Translations under genes and position numbers: made by a program
Part shown: positions 36,272 through 45,228 of the stretch, piece by piece
How positions within the stretch are numbered: position 1 is the stretch's first letter
How the letters are laid out: every line of letters begins with the position of its first letter
Notes under the pieces: generated by a model
The model's database searches: none
The model's input: the letters and a program-made list of their open reading frames with translations, nothing else
What the model was told of the DNA's origin: nothing
Origin: Parcubacteria group bacterium Gr01-1014_31
GTDB taxonomy: Bacteria > Patescibacteriota > Patescibacteriia > Buchananbacterales > GWA2-38-13
Length of the DNA stretch: 64,000 nucleotides
NCBI GenBank assembly: GCA_007376135.1
Contig: VMFR01000001.1
Location: 452,360 to 516,359, forward strand
Direction: 5' to 3'

Positions 36272-36910
36272 CTACCAGTAGGCGCCAACCAACAGCGCGT
36301 AGACGAACTGGAGTATCGGCGACAGCAACGGACCGGCGACAAAAATGAGCGGCAGCAGCAGCCACAAGCCGTAGGCCTGCAGGAACACCTCCACATTATG
36401 CAGCCGGTCGGGCAACAATGAGAACAGCACCTTGGAACCGTCCAGTGGAGGAATGGGCACCAGGTTGAAGACCGCCAAGAGCACGTTGGCGAACACCGCG
36501 ATGGATAAAAGGTCGGTGAACGAGGACGGCGGCGCGAACTGCACCACCACCCCGAGCACCATCGCCAGCAGCAGGTTGGATAACGGCCCGGCCAGCGCCA
36601 CCACCCCGCCATCGCGTTTCGGATTGCGTAAATTGTACGGATTGACCGGTACGGGCTTGGCGTACGCGAACAACACGCTGTTGCCCGGCAGCGCCAAGAG
36701 CAGCAGTGGCAGCAGCAGTGTGCCGATGGGGTCGATGTGCGGCAGTGGGTTGAGTGTTAGCCGGCCGGCCAGCCGGGCGGTCGGGTCGCCCAAACGATCG
36801 GCCATCCAGCCGTGACAGTACTCGTGGACGATCGCGAACACGGCGACCGCCAGGAGAAAAAATATCCGTTCAAGTTCGAACATAGCGCTGTCGCTTGCCA
36901 GAGCGCGCAC
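36272..36910 (-). CDS. site-2 protease family (peptidase M50) membrane metalloprotease
   Basis: HEYCHG (HExxH) inside a TM helix plus the LDG motif ([13 protein letters not shown]). Confidence 0.6.
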   Translation of the reverse strand: MRALASDSAMFELERIFFLLAVAVFAIVHEYCHGWMADRLGDPTARLAGRLTLNPLPHIDPIGTLLLPLLLLALPGNSVLFAYAKPVPVNPYNLRNPKRDGGVVALAGPLSNLLLAMVLGVVVQFAPPSSFTDLLSIAVFANVLLAVFNLVPIPPLDGSKVLFSLLPDRLHNVEVFLQAYGLWLLLPLIFVAGPLLSPILQFVYALLVGAYW

Positions 36911-36947
36911 AATGTGCTACGCTCAAGGCCACGGTAATTTGCATGCT

Positions 36948-37139
36948 ATGGCAAAAGTTTGTGATTCCTGCGGCCGACGCGCCCTGCGCGGCAATTCCCG
37001 CAGCCACTCCAATATCGCGACCGTCCGGCACCAGCAGATCAACCTACAGTGGCGCCGGTTGCCCGGCGGACGCCGTCGGCTGTGCGTCAACTGCATCAAA
37101 ACGATGCACCGCGACGCTCCGCGTCCCAAAACAGCATAA
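36948..37139 (+). CDS. rpmB: 50S ribosomal protein L28 (zinc-binding form)
   Basis: MAKVCDSCGRRALRGNSRSHSNIATVRHQQINL…CVNCIK. Start trimmed to the internal ATG. Confidence 0.8.
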   Translation: MAKVCDSCGRRALRGNSRSHSNIATVRHQQINLQWRRLPGGRRRLCVNCIKTMHRDAPRPKTA

Positions 37140-37158
37140 CACCCATTCCGCCGCTGGT

Positions 37159-37183
37159 AAACGGCCCTTGGGCCGTTTTTTCG
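37159..37183 (+). terminator. rho-independent terminator after rpmB
   Basis: AAACGGCCC-ttg-GGCCGTTTTTT. Confidence 0.65.
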
Positions 37184-37270
37184 TTTCCCGCGATTTGACC
37201 CGCGAGAAAGAGCGATGCTAGGGTTTCCCCGACCGTCCTAAACTCATCGCCCTTTTTCAAGGAGGCCGAC

Positions 37271-37519
37271 GTGCAAGGGATCATTTGCACCCACTGCCGT
37301 GAAGAAAACTCCCCCGAGGACCTGTACTGTGCCCAATGCGGCACGCCGCTGCCCGTCTTTTGCGTCCACTGCGAAAAGGACAACGACCGGTTGCTGGACG
37401 CCTGCGAATGCTGCGGGCAACAGCGCGAAACCCGCCCGCTCACTACTTGCCGCTTCTGCGGCCAGCCATTAGAGGATCCGCTCGCGCAACGCGCGGCCAC
37501 GCCTGCAAAACCGAAATAA
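37271..37519 (+). CDS. double zinc-ribbon small protein
   Basis: Four CxxC pairs (CTHC…CAQC…CVHC…CECC…CRFC). AAGGAGG Shine-Dalgarno sequence 9 nt upstream of a GTG start. Confidence 0.5.
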   Translation: MQGIICTHCREENSPEDLYCAQCGTPLPVFCVHCEKDNDRLLDACECCGQQRETRPLTTCRFCGQPLEDPLAQRAATPAKPK

Positions 37520-37548
37520 CGTCCGCCCGCAACGGCCGACGCCTTTCC

Positions 37549-37570
37549 CCCGCCCTCCCGCGGGGCTTTT
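37549..37570. terminator. bidirectional terminator between convergent genes
   Basis: CCCTCCCGCGGGG palindrome followed by T7. Confidence 0.4.
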
Positions 37571-37571
37571 T

Positions 37572-39185
37572 TTAGTTCACGTGCGGCTCCAATTTTCCCT
37601 GCAATCCATTGGCGCGCAGGATCTGCTCCGGCGTCACGGTCAAGAGTTTCGGGTCGCGCTGGTCCACCGGGTACAGCACCGTATACATCTCCGGCAGCAT
37701 CGGCTCCATCATCTCGGACATCGTGACGGTACGCGCCAACCGCGCGAACGCCCCGAAGGTGGTGTCCTCACCCTCCAGGGCCATATCAATGCCGGTCGCC
37801 GGCACCAGCGACCCCGTCACGGTCTTGAGGTACGACAGCACCATGCCGTCGCCGCCCAATTCCTTGGTCTGCACGGGTTCCAGCGCTGCGGCCTCGTCGG
37901 ACCGCCCGACCGCCGCCAAGAGCTTGCGCCAGGCCTCCTTGGTCAACGTCAGGTCGTGTACCTGGCAGAATCCGCCCAGACATTTGAACCCGTAATACAA
38001 CGCGACGGTCAGGTAGCACAGCAGCATGCTGGGGAAGATCTTTTTCTGCCGTAACGCTTCGGCAATGTCCTCGGGCGTGAACGGCAACACATACTGGCTG
38101 GTTTTTGTTCGCAGGGTTCGATGGTCCAGCAGCATGCGCATGCGGTGTAATTTTTCGTCCACCGCCCAAAAAAAGAAGGACCCCCAATCCCCTTGGCGTG
38201 AAAACCCGCCGGGAATGCCGTCGAACAGCTCCAGCGCCAAGCGCTGGTAGTCGGGCACAAACAGCACTTGGTACAGGAGCGAGGACGGGTCGTTCAGGTG
38301 GCGGCGCAAAAGCAGCTCCGTCACCAGGGTCTCGATATCCAGGTACACCAGGTCGGGGATCTTCGGTCCGCCGGTCTGCGGGACATTGGCCGCCGGGTGG
38401 AAGAAGGTCGGCCATAACCGGTAGTTGATGGCCGAGATCTGGGATGCGAAATCGGGCTTCGCCAGCACTTGCGGCGTTGCGAAATACGCTTCCAACAGCG
38501 CGCGGATCTTTTGCCCGCGGCCGTCGGCGATCTCGCCCTTCTTCTCTTTCTTCACCAGCTCGGCTTCCGCTTTGGTCAGATCCTCGCGCGTGAACGGCCG
38601 CATGCCGTAGACGACCCCCATCTTGACGCGGTCGGGCAGGATGGGCAGCCGGATGAAATTCCCCGAGCCGTTAATGCCGCCGTGGAACTCGATACCTCGC
38701 GGATACGCCGAGGCGTTGTTGACCGAAACCGACGCAAATGAAAAAACCACCAGGTACCGGAGCTCCGGAATGGTGGCAGTCACGTACGGCAGCGCGGAGA
38801 TGATGTTGGCGTTGATGAAGAAGGGATGGTCGATGGGACCGTGATGGTCGGTGGTGGAGACCAGCGGCAAACGGGCCAGTTGCGTCGCGACGCCGGCGGC
38901 TACTTCCTCGCCCAAGCGCTTGGCGATCAGCTCGCGCGCGACGGCGATCAACTCGGGCTTGCGCGCATCCAACCGCGGCGCGGGATTCACATCCAGAAAA
39001 TCCTGGGCGTAGTCGTGCAGGATCAACGATCCGTGCTTGGCCATGATCTCGCCCAGCACCGGCCGGCGCTTCCAGATGGCTTCCCGTAACACGGAAAGAT
39101 TGCCCGCAACGGTGTGAGCCGGCGGTCTACCCTCGGTCTCGGGGGTAAAGGAAGCCATAAACTGGCTTGCCGGGAACACTACCAC
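37572..39185 (-). CDS. hypothetical protein, 537 aa
   Basis: Long ORF with no recognisable catalytic motif. Mixed alpha-helical. Preceded by an AT-rich promoter region. Confidence 0.4.
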   Translation of the reverse strand: MVVFPASQFMASFTPETEGRPPAHTVAGNLSVLREAIWKRRPVLGEIMAKHGSLILHDYAQDFLDVNPAPRLDARKPELIAVARELIAKRLGEEVAAGVATQLARLPLVSTTDHHGPIDHPFFINANIISALPYVTATIPELRYLVVFSFASVSVNNASAYPRGIEFHGGINGSGNFIRLPILPDRVKMGVVYGMRPFTREDLTKAEAELVKKEKKGEIADGRGQKIRALLEAYFATPQVLAKPDFASQISAINYRLWPTFFHPAANVPQTGGPKIPDLVYLDIETLVTELLLRRHLNDPSSLLYQVLFVPDYQRLALELFDGIPGGFSRQGDWGSFFFWAVDEKLHRMRMLLDHRTLRTKTSQYVLPFTPEDIAEALRQKKIFPSMLLCYLTVALYYGFKCLGGFCQVHDLTLTKEAWRKLLAAVGRSDEAAALEPVQTKELGGDGMVLSYLKTVTGSLVPATGIDMALEGEDTTFGAFARLARTVTMSEMMEPMLPEMYTVLYPVDQRDPKLLTVTPEQILRANGLQGKLEPHVN

Positions 39186-39313
39186 CAGCCCGAAAATAAA
39201 TCAATCCTCCCAAAATCATACGAAATCATAAAAAATATATTTTCTACTGATCTCGGCCAAAAAAAATATGCCACCCCGGAGAGCGGCGAAAAAATTACGG
39301 CGCGTAATTATCG

Positions 39314-40549
39314 CTATTCGTAGCGCAACGCTTCGATGGGGTTTTTGCGCGCAGCCTGCGACGCCGGGTACAAGCCGAACACCACGCCCACCAGCGTTGA
39401 GACTCCGACGCCCAGCATCACCGCCGAGAGCGGCAGCGCGTAGCCCCACTGCAAGCCCATGGCATACCGCAATACCAGCGACGCGATCCCGGAAAACATT
39501 GCGCCTAAAGCGATGCCGACCACCCCGCCGGTCCCCGTCAGCAGGATGGATTCAAGCAGGAACTGCTGCATGATGTCGCCGCCCGTCGCGCCCACGGCCT
39601 TGCGCAGCCCGATCTCGCGCGTGCGTTCGGTCACGGCCACCAGCATGATGTTCATGATGCCAATACCGCCCACCACCAGCGAGATGGCGGCGACCGACGT
39701 GAGCAGCACCGTCAGGATGGTGGACACGATGCCGATGGACGCCATGGCGTCGGCTTGCGTCGTGACGTGGAAATCGTCCTTGTCCGGGTCGGTAATGTTG
39801 TGCGATTCGCGCAGCGTCAGCTCGATATCGCGGGCCACGCGCGGCACTAAGGCCTCGGTCTGCGCCTGCACCATGATGGCATGGAAATGGTTGATGCCCA
39901 GCAGGTACTCCTGCGCCGTCGTGTACGGCACGAACGCCATCTGGTCGATGTCGATGAGACCGGCGCCCTTTTCCTTGAGCACGCCCACAACCCGGAAGGT
40001 CTTGCCCTTGATCTTCACCTTCTGGCCGACCGCGGCATCCGCACCGAACAGCTCCTCCCCCACCTTCGTGCCGATGACCACGACGCTGGCGCGCCGCCGC
40101 ACATCCTCATCCGTGAAGAAACTGCCCTCCGCGACCGCCAAATTCATGATCTCGCTGATGAACGGGTCGGTGCCGCGCATCGTGATGCGCTTGGTCTCGG
40201 TGCCGTAGACAATGGTCGCGGCGACCGCCACGGCCGGCGAAACGCGCGCGACCCCCTGGACATTGGCCGGCTGGAGGATGGCCGCAACGTCGCGCGGCTT
40301 GAGCGAGTCCGTGAAGATCTCGACGAAATCCGACGGCCCTTTCGGCTGGCGGCCCGGCTCCACGATAATGGTGCGTGATCCCAGGCCGCGGATCTGATCC
40401 AAGATGAGCTGCTCGGCGCCCTCGCCCACCGACATGACCAAAATGATGGCGGTGATGCCGATGACGATACCCAGAATCGTCAGCGCGGAACGCGACTTGT
40501 TGGCACGCAGGCCCCGGAAGGCGGTTTTCAGCGTAAAGCGCAGTCGCAT
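39314..40549 (-). CDS. ABC transporter permease (FtsX/MacB family)
   Basis: N-terminal TM helix, a large periplasmic domain, and three C-terminal TM helices typical of MacB/LolCE permeases. Confidence 0.75.
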   Translation of the reverse strand: MRLRFTLKTAFRGLRANKSRSALTILGIVIGITAIILVMSVGEGAEQLILDQIRGLGSRTIIVEPGRQPKGPSDFVEIFTDSLKPRDVAAILQPANVQGVARVSPAVAVAATIVYGTETKRITMRGTDPFISEIMNLAVAEGSFFTDEDVRRRASVVVIGTKVGEELFGADAAVGQKVKIKGKTFRVVGVLKEKGAGLIDIDQMAFVPYTTAQEYLLGINHFHAIMVQAQTEALVPRVARDIELTLRESHNITDPDKDDFHVTTQADAMASIGIVSTILTVLLTSVAAISLVVGGIGIMNIMLVAVTERTREIGLRKAVGATGGDIMQQFLLESILLTGTGGVVGIALGAMFSGIASLVLRYAMGLQWGYALPLSAVMLGVGVSTLVGVVFGLYPASQAARKNPIEALRYE

Positions 40550-40784
40550 ACCCAGTAGGACAACTTTGAAAAGATACTATTTTAAAACCGCGAAAAAAGT
40601 GGTGATCGCTGTCATTGCGAGGAGTCCCGAGCCAGTCGAGGGACAACGTGGCGATCTCGTTTTTGGTTTGACACCGAGATTGCTTCGTTTCACTCGCAAT
40701 GACGAAAGGTACCGCTCACCGCCCTGGAGGCATTGCAGAATATGGACGTAGTGGGATTCTGTCGAAGTTGTCCTACTGGGCATA
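40547..40784. repeat. IR-bracketed intergenic element E3 (TIRs CATACCCAGTAGGACAAC / GTTGTCCTACTGGGCATA)
   Basis: Perfect 15-bp inverted repeats (17 including flanks) bracket about 200 bp between the ABC ATPase stop and the permease ATG. The left repeat contains the permease start codon. Confidence 0.55.
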
Positions 40785-40787
40785 CCC

Positions 40788-41507
40788 TTATTTGACGAAA
40801 TCCGACGACGCGTGCAGCCGTTTGGCAACGGCCTGGTCGGATTCTATTAGGCCGTCGCGGACCCGAATAATGCGCCCCGCGTGTTCGGCGGTATAGGTTT
40901 CGTGGGTAATGAGGACGACCGTGTGGTTGTCGTGTTCGTTGAGCTTCTGCAAAATTTCCATCACGGCTTTACCCGACTGGGAATCCAGGTTGCCGGTCGG
41001 CTCATCCGCGAAGATCACTCGCGGCTTGTTCACCAGCGCCCGCGCGATGGCGACCCGCTGGCGTTCGCCCCCCGATAGTTTCGCCACATCAAAACCGGCG
41101 CGGTGGGACAGCCCGACCGCATCAATGGCAATTCTCGCGCGCTCGTCCCACTCGGCCGGCGGCACCGAAGAATACAAAAGCGGCAGCCGCACGTTATCCA
41201 TCACGCTGGTGCGCGGCAGCAGGTTGAACGACTGGAACACGAACCCCATTTGTTCGTTGCGCACCCGTGCCAACTCGCGATCGGTATGCTCGCCGATCTC
41301 GCGACCATCGAACCGGTAGGTGCCGGCGGTCTGGCGGTCCAAGAACCCCAGGATATGCAGCAAGGTGGATTTGCCGGACCCCGACGGCCCCATGATGGCA
41401 ACGAATTCCCCTGCGGCGATGGTAAAACTTACGCCGTGGAGTACCGGGGTCTGCAGCTCGTCGCTACTATAGACCTTGGTCAGCGCGTTGACCTCAATGA
41501 GTGCCAT
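40788..41507 (-). CDS. ABC transporter ATP-binding protein (MacB/LolD-like)
   Basis: Walker A GPSGSGKST, Q-loop, signature LSGGERQRVAIARAL, and Walker B IFADEPTGNLD. Confidence 0.85.
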   Translation of the reverse strand: MALIEVNALTKVYSSDELQTPVLHGVSFTIAAGEFVAIMGPSGSGKSTLLHILGFLDRQTAGTYRFDGREIGEHTDRELARVRNEQMGFVFQSFNLLPRTSVMDNVRLPLLYSSVPPAEWDERARIAIDAVGLSHRAGFDVAKLSGGERQRVAIARALVNKPRVIFADEPTGNLDSQSGKAVMEILQKLNEHDNHTVVLITHETYTAEHAGRIIRVRDGLIESDQAVAKRLHASSDFVK

Positions 41508-41524
41508 AGCACGCCGCGCGATGG

Positions 41525-43171
41525 TTACGGTTTTGGGACTTCGATAAGCACGCGGTCCCCCTCACTCAATCCGGTCGTGATCTCGATATTACCGTCCGAA
41601 CCGCGCAGGCCGACTCCCACCGTCACCTCCACCACTTCATTGCCGCCGGTCTGAGAGCGCAATTTGCGGACGAATTTATCGCCATTGCGGCCGAACACCG
41701 CCCGCAGTGGGACCACGATGACGTTGGTGCGTTCCGCGGCCCGGATGTCCAGGTCGGCAGTCATGCCCGAGCGGATGCGTTCGTCCGGCTGGTCAAATAG
41801 AACGGTCACGACGTAGGTCGGCACCCCCTCCACCACCGTTTCCGCCGGGTCGATCTTTGCCACATGCGTACGAAACGTCACATCGTTGCCGTAGGCGTCC
41901 AGCGTGGCGACGCCGGCATCGCCGATCTTGAGCTTGGCGATATCCGCTTCCGGGACGTTGGCCTCGATCTCATAGCCCGCATCGGAAATGATGGACACGA
42001 GCGACACATTGGCGGCGATGATCTCGCCGACCTCAAGGTCGACTTTGGTGACCACGCCATCGAACGGCGAGCGCAACACGGCCTTATCCAGCTGCGCGCG
42101 GATGTTGGCGGCGCTGGCTTCCATCTGCCGGATCTGGGCCAGCTGGCCGGCAAGCGTCGCCTCGGCCTGGGCGACCAACGCCTCCTGCGCGGCCACCTGC
42201 GAGGACGTACTGCCCGCCTGCTTGAGCTTGAGCTCCTCCTCCACGCGGGCGACGATGCGCTGATTGGCGGAAATGTCCTGCTGCAGATCGGCGACCGCTG
42301 CCAGCTGCGCCGCAATGTTCACCCGCGCGGTATTGACATCATCGCGACGGGTATCCAGCGCGTCGTCCTGGAGCGAGCACTCGGTCACCAGCGCCTGGTT
42401 AAGCCGATCAAGGAACTGCTGGTACAGCATGAGCTCCTTGGCGGCATCGCTCAACGCCAGATCCAGCACGTCTCGCGCCGTCCCCGCCCCGATCGCCGTC
42501 AAAGAGGTCTGCCACGCCTGGAGCGAACGCTCGCTGGAAGCGCGCAGAAAGGTCACATCATTCTCCAGCGGATCGTTGCAGGCCCGGAACAACAGCAAAT
42601 AGCCACTCGAAAGGTTGCCGGAGAACAGCGCGGTGGTCTTGACGCGCACGGCGTCATCGGCCTTGGTGGACGCGGTCCGCAGCGTATCCACGACATCCTT
42701 GTAGGCATTCGCGAGATCCTGCTGAGCCGTGTCCAACTCCGCCTGCTTGACGGCAATCTCCTCCGGCCGGGTGCCGCGCCGCACCTCATCCAATCTGGCT
42801 TGCTGGTTGCGCAGAGCGGCCGCATACTGGTCCGATTGCGCTTTCGCGGAATCAACCCTCGCCAGCGCCTCGCTCAATTGCGCGACCAGATCCGCGCTGT
42901 TGAGGCCGGCGAGCAGCGCGCCCTTGTTGACCCGATCGCCGACGGCGACGGGGATGACGGCAACCCTTCCACTCCGCTCAAACGCCAGGTCCACCGCGTG
43001 GGTCGGCTTGACGCGACCGGTGACGCTGACCTCTTGCACCAGATCGGCGCGAACGGCGGTCGCCGTTTCGTACTCGACTGGCTTAGGCCGGGTGGCGGCG
43101 TACCCCAACGCGGCGGCAGCGATCACGATCGTCCCTGCGATCCCCACGGTTACTTTCGTGCGCGTGCGCAT
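41525..43171 (-). CDS. efflux transporter periplasmic adaptor (HlyD/MacA-like, long coiled-coil)
   Basis: N-terminal TM helix, a long Ala/Gln/Leu-rich coiled coil, and a C-terminal beta-barrel/MP domain. Confidence 0.55.
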   Translation of the reverse strand: MRTRTKVTVGIAGTIVIAAAALGYAATRPKPVEYETATAVRADLVQEVSVTGRVKPTHAVDLAFERSGRVAVIPVAVGDRVNKGALLAGLNSADLVAQLSEALARVDSAKAQSDQYAAALRNQQARLDEVRRGTRPEEIAVKQAELDTAQQDLANAYKDVVDTLRTASTKADDAVRVKTTALFSGNLSSGYLLLFRACNDPLENDVTFLRASSERSLQAWQTSLTAIGAGTARDVLDLALSDAAKELMLYQQFLDRLNQALVTECSLQDDALDTRRDDVNTARVNIAAQLAAVADLQQDISANQRIVARVEEELKLKQAGSTSSQVAAQEALVAQAEATLAGQLAQIRQMEASAANIRAQLDKAVLRSPFDGVVTKVDLEVGEIIAANVSLVSIISDAGYEIEANVPEADIAKLKIGDAGVATLDAYGNDVTFRTHVAKIDPAETVVEGVPTYVVTVLFDQPDERIRSGMTADLDIRAAERTNVIVVPLRAVFGRNGDKFVRKLRSQTGGNEVVEVTVGVGLRGSDGNIEITTGLSEGDRVLIEVPKP

Positions 43172-43258
43172 ACGTGGTAAATGAAAGCGCTATGAATCAA
43201 ATCGTAGTGATGCGGAACTCACCCATCTGGTTCACCCGCCCTTTTTCGGGGTGCGGGC

Positions 43259-43358
43259 CCCGTTAGAAAATTACTGTTCCGCTGGTCAAACGCTCCAACG
43301 ATTTCCAGCATCCAGAAATATTACAGAACACATTATTCGCAAAGTTTTCTAACGGGGC
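43259..43358. mobile_element. MITE-like 100-bp element with perfect 13-bp terminal inverted repeats (CCCCGTTAGAAAA) and a 4-bp CGGG target duplication
   Basis: Removing the element and one CGGG restores TCGGGGTGCGGGGAGTCGAACC, identical to the 3' end of the adjacent tRNA-Pro. The element interior is AT-rich. Confidence 0.5.
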
Positions 43359-43407
43359 GGGGAGTCGAACCGCCGCCGCATGCACCCTTCACCCCACACC
43401 TTTCCTC
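43359..43407 (-). pseudogene. degenerate tRNA-Pro-like copy (acceptor/T-arm retained, D/anticodon region deleted), disrupted by the MITE-like element
   Basis: Shares GGGGAGTCGAACC and GGGTGCATG with tRNA-Pro. The T-stem is mispaired (GGCGG vs CCCCG). Confidence 0.45.
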
Positions 43408-43478
43408 TCGGGGTGCGGGGAGTCGAACCCCGTCTCCATGCACCCCATGCACGTGTACTGCCGGTATACTACACCCCG
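43408..43478 (-). tRNA. tRNA-Pro (anticodon GGG)
   Basis: Acceptor CGGGGTG/CACCCCG, D-arm GTAT-ACCGGCA-GTAC, anticodon stem CGTGC/GCATG with loop ATGGGGT (G37), T-arm CGGGG-TTCGACT-CCCCG, discriminator A. Confidence 0.8.
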
Positions 43479-43648
43479 AAAGGAAAGGTGTGGGGCAATC
43501 GCACGTGGACTACCACTACCCCATACCCCGAAAAAAGGCGGGTGAAAAACGAACTTGCCCGCGATGCCGCACACCTGTGAAGTAAAAACGTGAAATGTAC
43601 GAATACCCACTCTACCGCATCGGTGCGCTCCCGGCAAGGCGTCCGGCG

Positions 43649-44272
43649 TCACCCGAGCAGCGCCGCCCGCAACGGTGCCCCATCCAACCCCATAAACTTC
43701 AACGGCAGCCCGATGAACACGTAACGCCCGGGCCGAACTTTTGACAAGTCCAATCCCTCCACGATGGGAATGCCGCGTGAAAGCAGGGCCGTATGCGGCC
43801 GGTTGTCAGGACTGCCGCGCTGCTTGACCGAGAGCGAATCAATGCCGACCAGACTGACGCGCCGCTGCGCGAGCCAAGCAGCCGCCTCCCCAGTAAGCCA
43901 GACATAATCGTCCCACCAGCGGGAAAACCCACGACGCGAATTGCGCGTTTTCAAAAGAACGCGCTCCCCCGCCCGGATACGGTATCCGGCAAGGTCGGTG
44001 GTCGTAATGGCGCCAGCCAAACGAGTCAAATCCAGCACGCGGCACGGCCCGTAGAATGCTTGCAGCGGTAAGCGGTCCACGCCGCCGCCATCCCGGAACG
44101 CATGACGCGGCGCGTCCACGTGCGTGCCCGTGTGCGATCCAAGTACTACCTCCGAATGCCAAGAGGTTTTGCCGCGCAGCGTGCGAATTTTCACGCGCGG
44201 GTTGCCGGGGTACACCACGGTCTTGCCGTGCAGCGGGAGTGAAATATCAACTAGGCGTAATCGTCGAGCCAT
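43649..44272 (-). CDS. cyclase family protein (kynurenine formamidase-like fold)
   Basis: HTGTHVDAPRH motif. Start trimmed to MARRLRLVDISL. Confidence 0.6.
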   Translation of the reverse strand: MARRLRLVDISLPLHGKTVVYPGNPRVKIRTLRGKTSWHSEVVLGSHTGTHVDAPRHAFRDGGGVDRLPLQAFYGPCRVLDLTRLAGAITTTDLAGYRIRAGERVLLKTRNSRRGFSRWWDDYVWLTGEAAAWLAQRRVSLVGIDSLSVKQRGSPDNRPHTALLSRGIPIVEGLDLSKVRPGRYVFIGLPLKFMGLDGAPLRAALLG

Positions 44273-44274
44273 AG

Positions 44275-45219
44275 CTAGAGGGTCGTAATTGGTCGCGACT
44301 GGACAATGAAAAATTTCTTCTTCGCGAACGCCCACTCGATATCCTGCGGCTTACTGTAATGACGCTCAATGTCAGTGCAGAGCTTCGCCAGTTCAACGAT
44401 CTGGCGGCCGGTCAATTTTTGCACCTCTCGTTTCTCTGCGGACACGGACCGCCACACGTTGCCGCCGCTAGATTTTCGTACCAGCATTTTTTCCTGCGCG
44501 GCAATGTTGATGTCGACCAGATGGAGGTCGCGCTTATCGATGACGTAGCTGTCGGGCGTGATCTGGCCGGAAACGATAGCTTCGCCCAGGCCGAACCCGG
44601 CCTCAATGATCATCTGGTTATAGTCCTTGGTCACCGGATGCACGGTGAAGGCGATGCCAGCAACCTCGGCCTGGATCATCTGCTGCACCACCACCGCGAC
44701 CGACACTTTTGACCGTCTCATTCCTTTCTCGTTGCGGTAAACAATGGCCCGCGGCGTGAACAGTGACGACCAGCACTTCTTGACATTGCCGAGCAAAATC
44801 TTTGCCGTTGTGTTCAGATAGCTCTCTAATTCTCCCGCCCAAGAGGCAACCGAGGAATCTTCGGCGGTTGCCGAGCTTCGGACCGCGACCAGCGGGCTCT
44901 TGAGCTGGCGGAAGCGGCCCAGCACGGCCGCACTGAGATCCTTAGGAAACGCTGCGTCGTGGATAAGGTCGCGGATGATTACTGACGCCCGCTCAACGGA
45001 ATGGACGTCGCGATAGTTGACCTTAGCCAACGCGGCCCTAATCTCTTGGACCAAGTCAGCGCCCTTCAAAAACTGTTCAAACGCGGCTGCCGTGACCACA
45101 AAACCTGGCGGCACCGGAATGCCCGCGCGCGTCATTTCCCCCAACGATGCCCCCTTGCCGCCGGCCAGATGCGCGTCGGTCTTTTTTAACTGTTCAAAAT
45201 CTAGGAGATAATCCACCAT
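44275..45219 (-). CDS. stand-alone PPDK_N-type ATP-grasp nucleotide-binding domain protein (PEP synthase / rifampin phosphotransferase N-terminal domain homolog)
   Basis: GGKGASLGEM, VPPGFVVT, VRSSATAEDS…SWAG, VAVVVQQMIQ, GFGLGEAIVSG, and QDIEWA. 314 aa, ending where a fused dikinase would continue. Confidence 0.75.
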   Translation of the reverse strand: MVDYLLDFEQLKKTDAHLAGGKGASLGEMTRAGIPVPPGFVVTAAAFEQFLKGADLVQEIRAALAKVNYRDVHSVERASVIIRDLIHDAAFPKDLSAAVLGRFRQLKSPLVAVRSSATAEDSSVASWAGELESYLNTTAKILLGNVKKCWSSLFTPRAIVYRNEKGMRRSKVSVAVVVQQMIQAEVAGIAFTVHPVTKDYNQMIIEAGFGLGEAIVSGQITPDSYVIDKRDLHLVDINIAAQEKMLVRKSSGGNVWRSVSAEKREVQKLTGRQIVELAKLCTDIERHYSKPQDIEWAFAKKKFFIVQSRPITTL

Positions 45220-45228
45220 ACCGTCAGC

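Larger units (their letters stand above)
43234..43537. repeat. nested inverted repeats around the tRNA-Pro locus
   Basis: The outer pair is 19 bp with 1 mismatch: CACCCGCCCTTTTTCGGGG (43234-52) and CCCCGAAAAAAGGCGGGTG (43519-37). The inner pair is 14 bp: CCCCACACCTTTCC (43392-405) and GGAAAGGTGTGGGG (43482-95). Confidence 0.5.

Noticed and set aside
43180-43560. CRISPR array or tandem tRNA-Pro genes at the Pro locus
   Set aside because: The repeats are inverted, not direct with spacers. The second tRNA-Pro-like copy lacks a pairable T-stem and the D/anticodon region.
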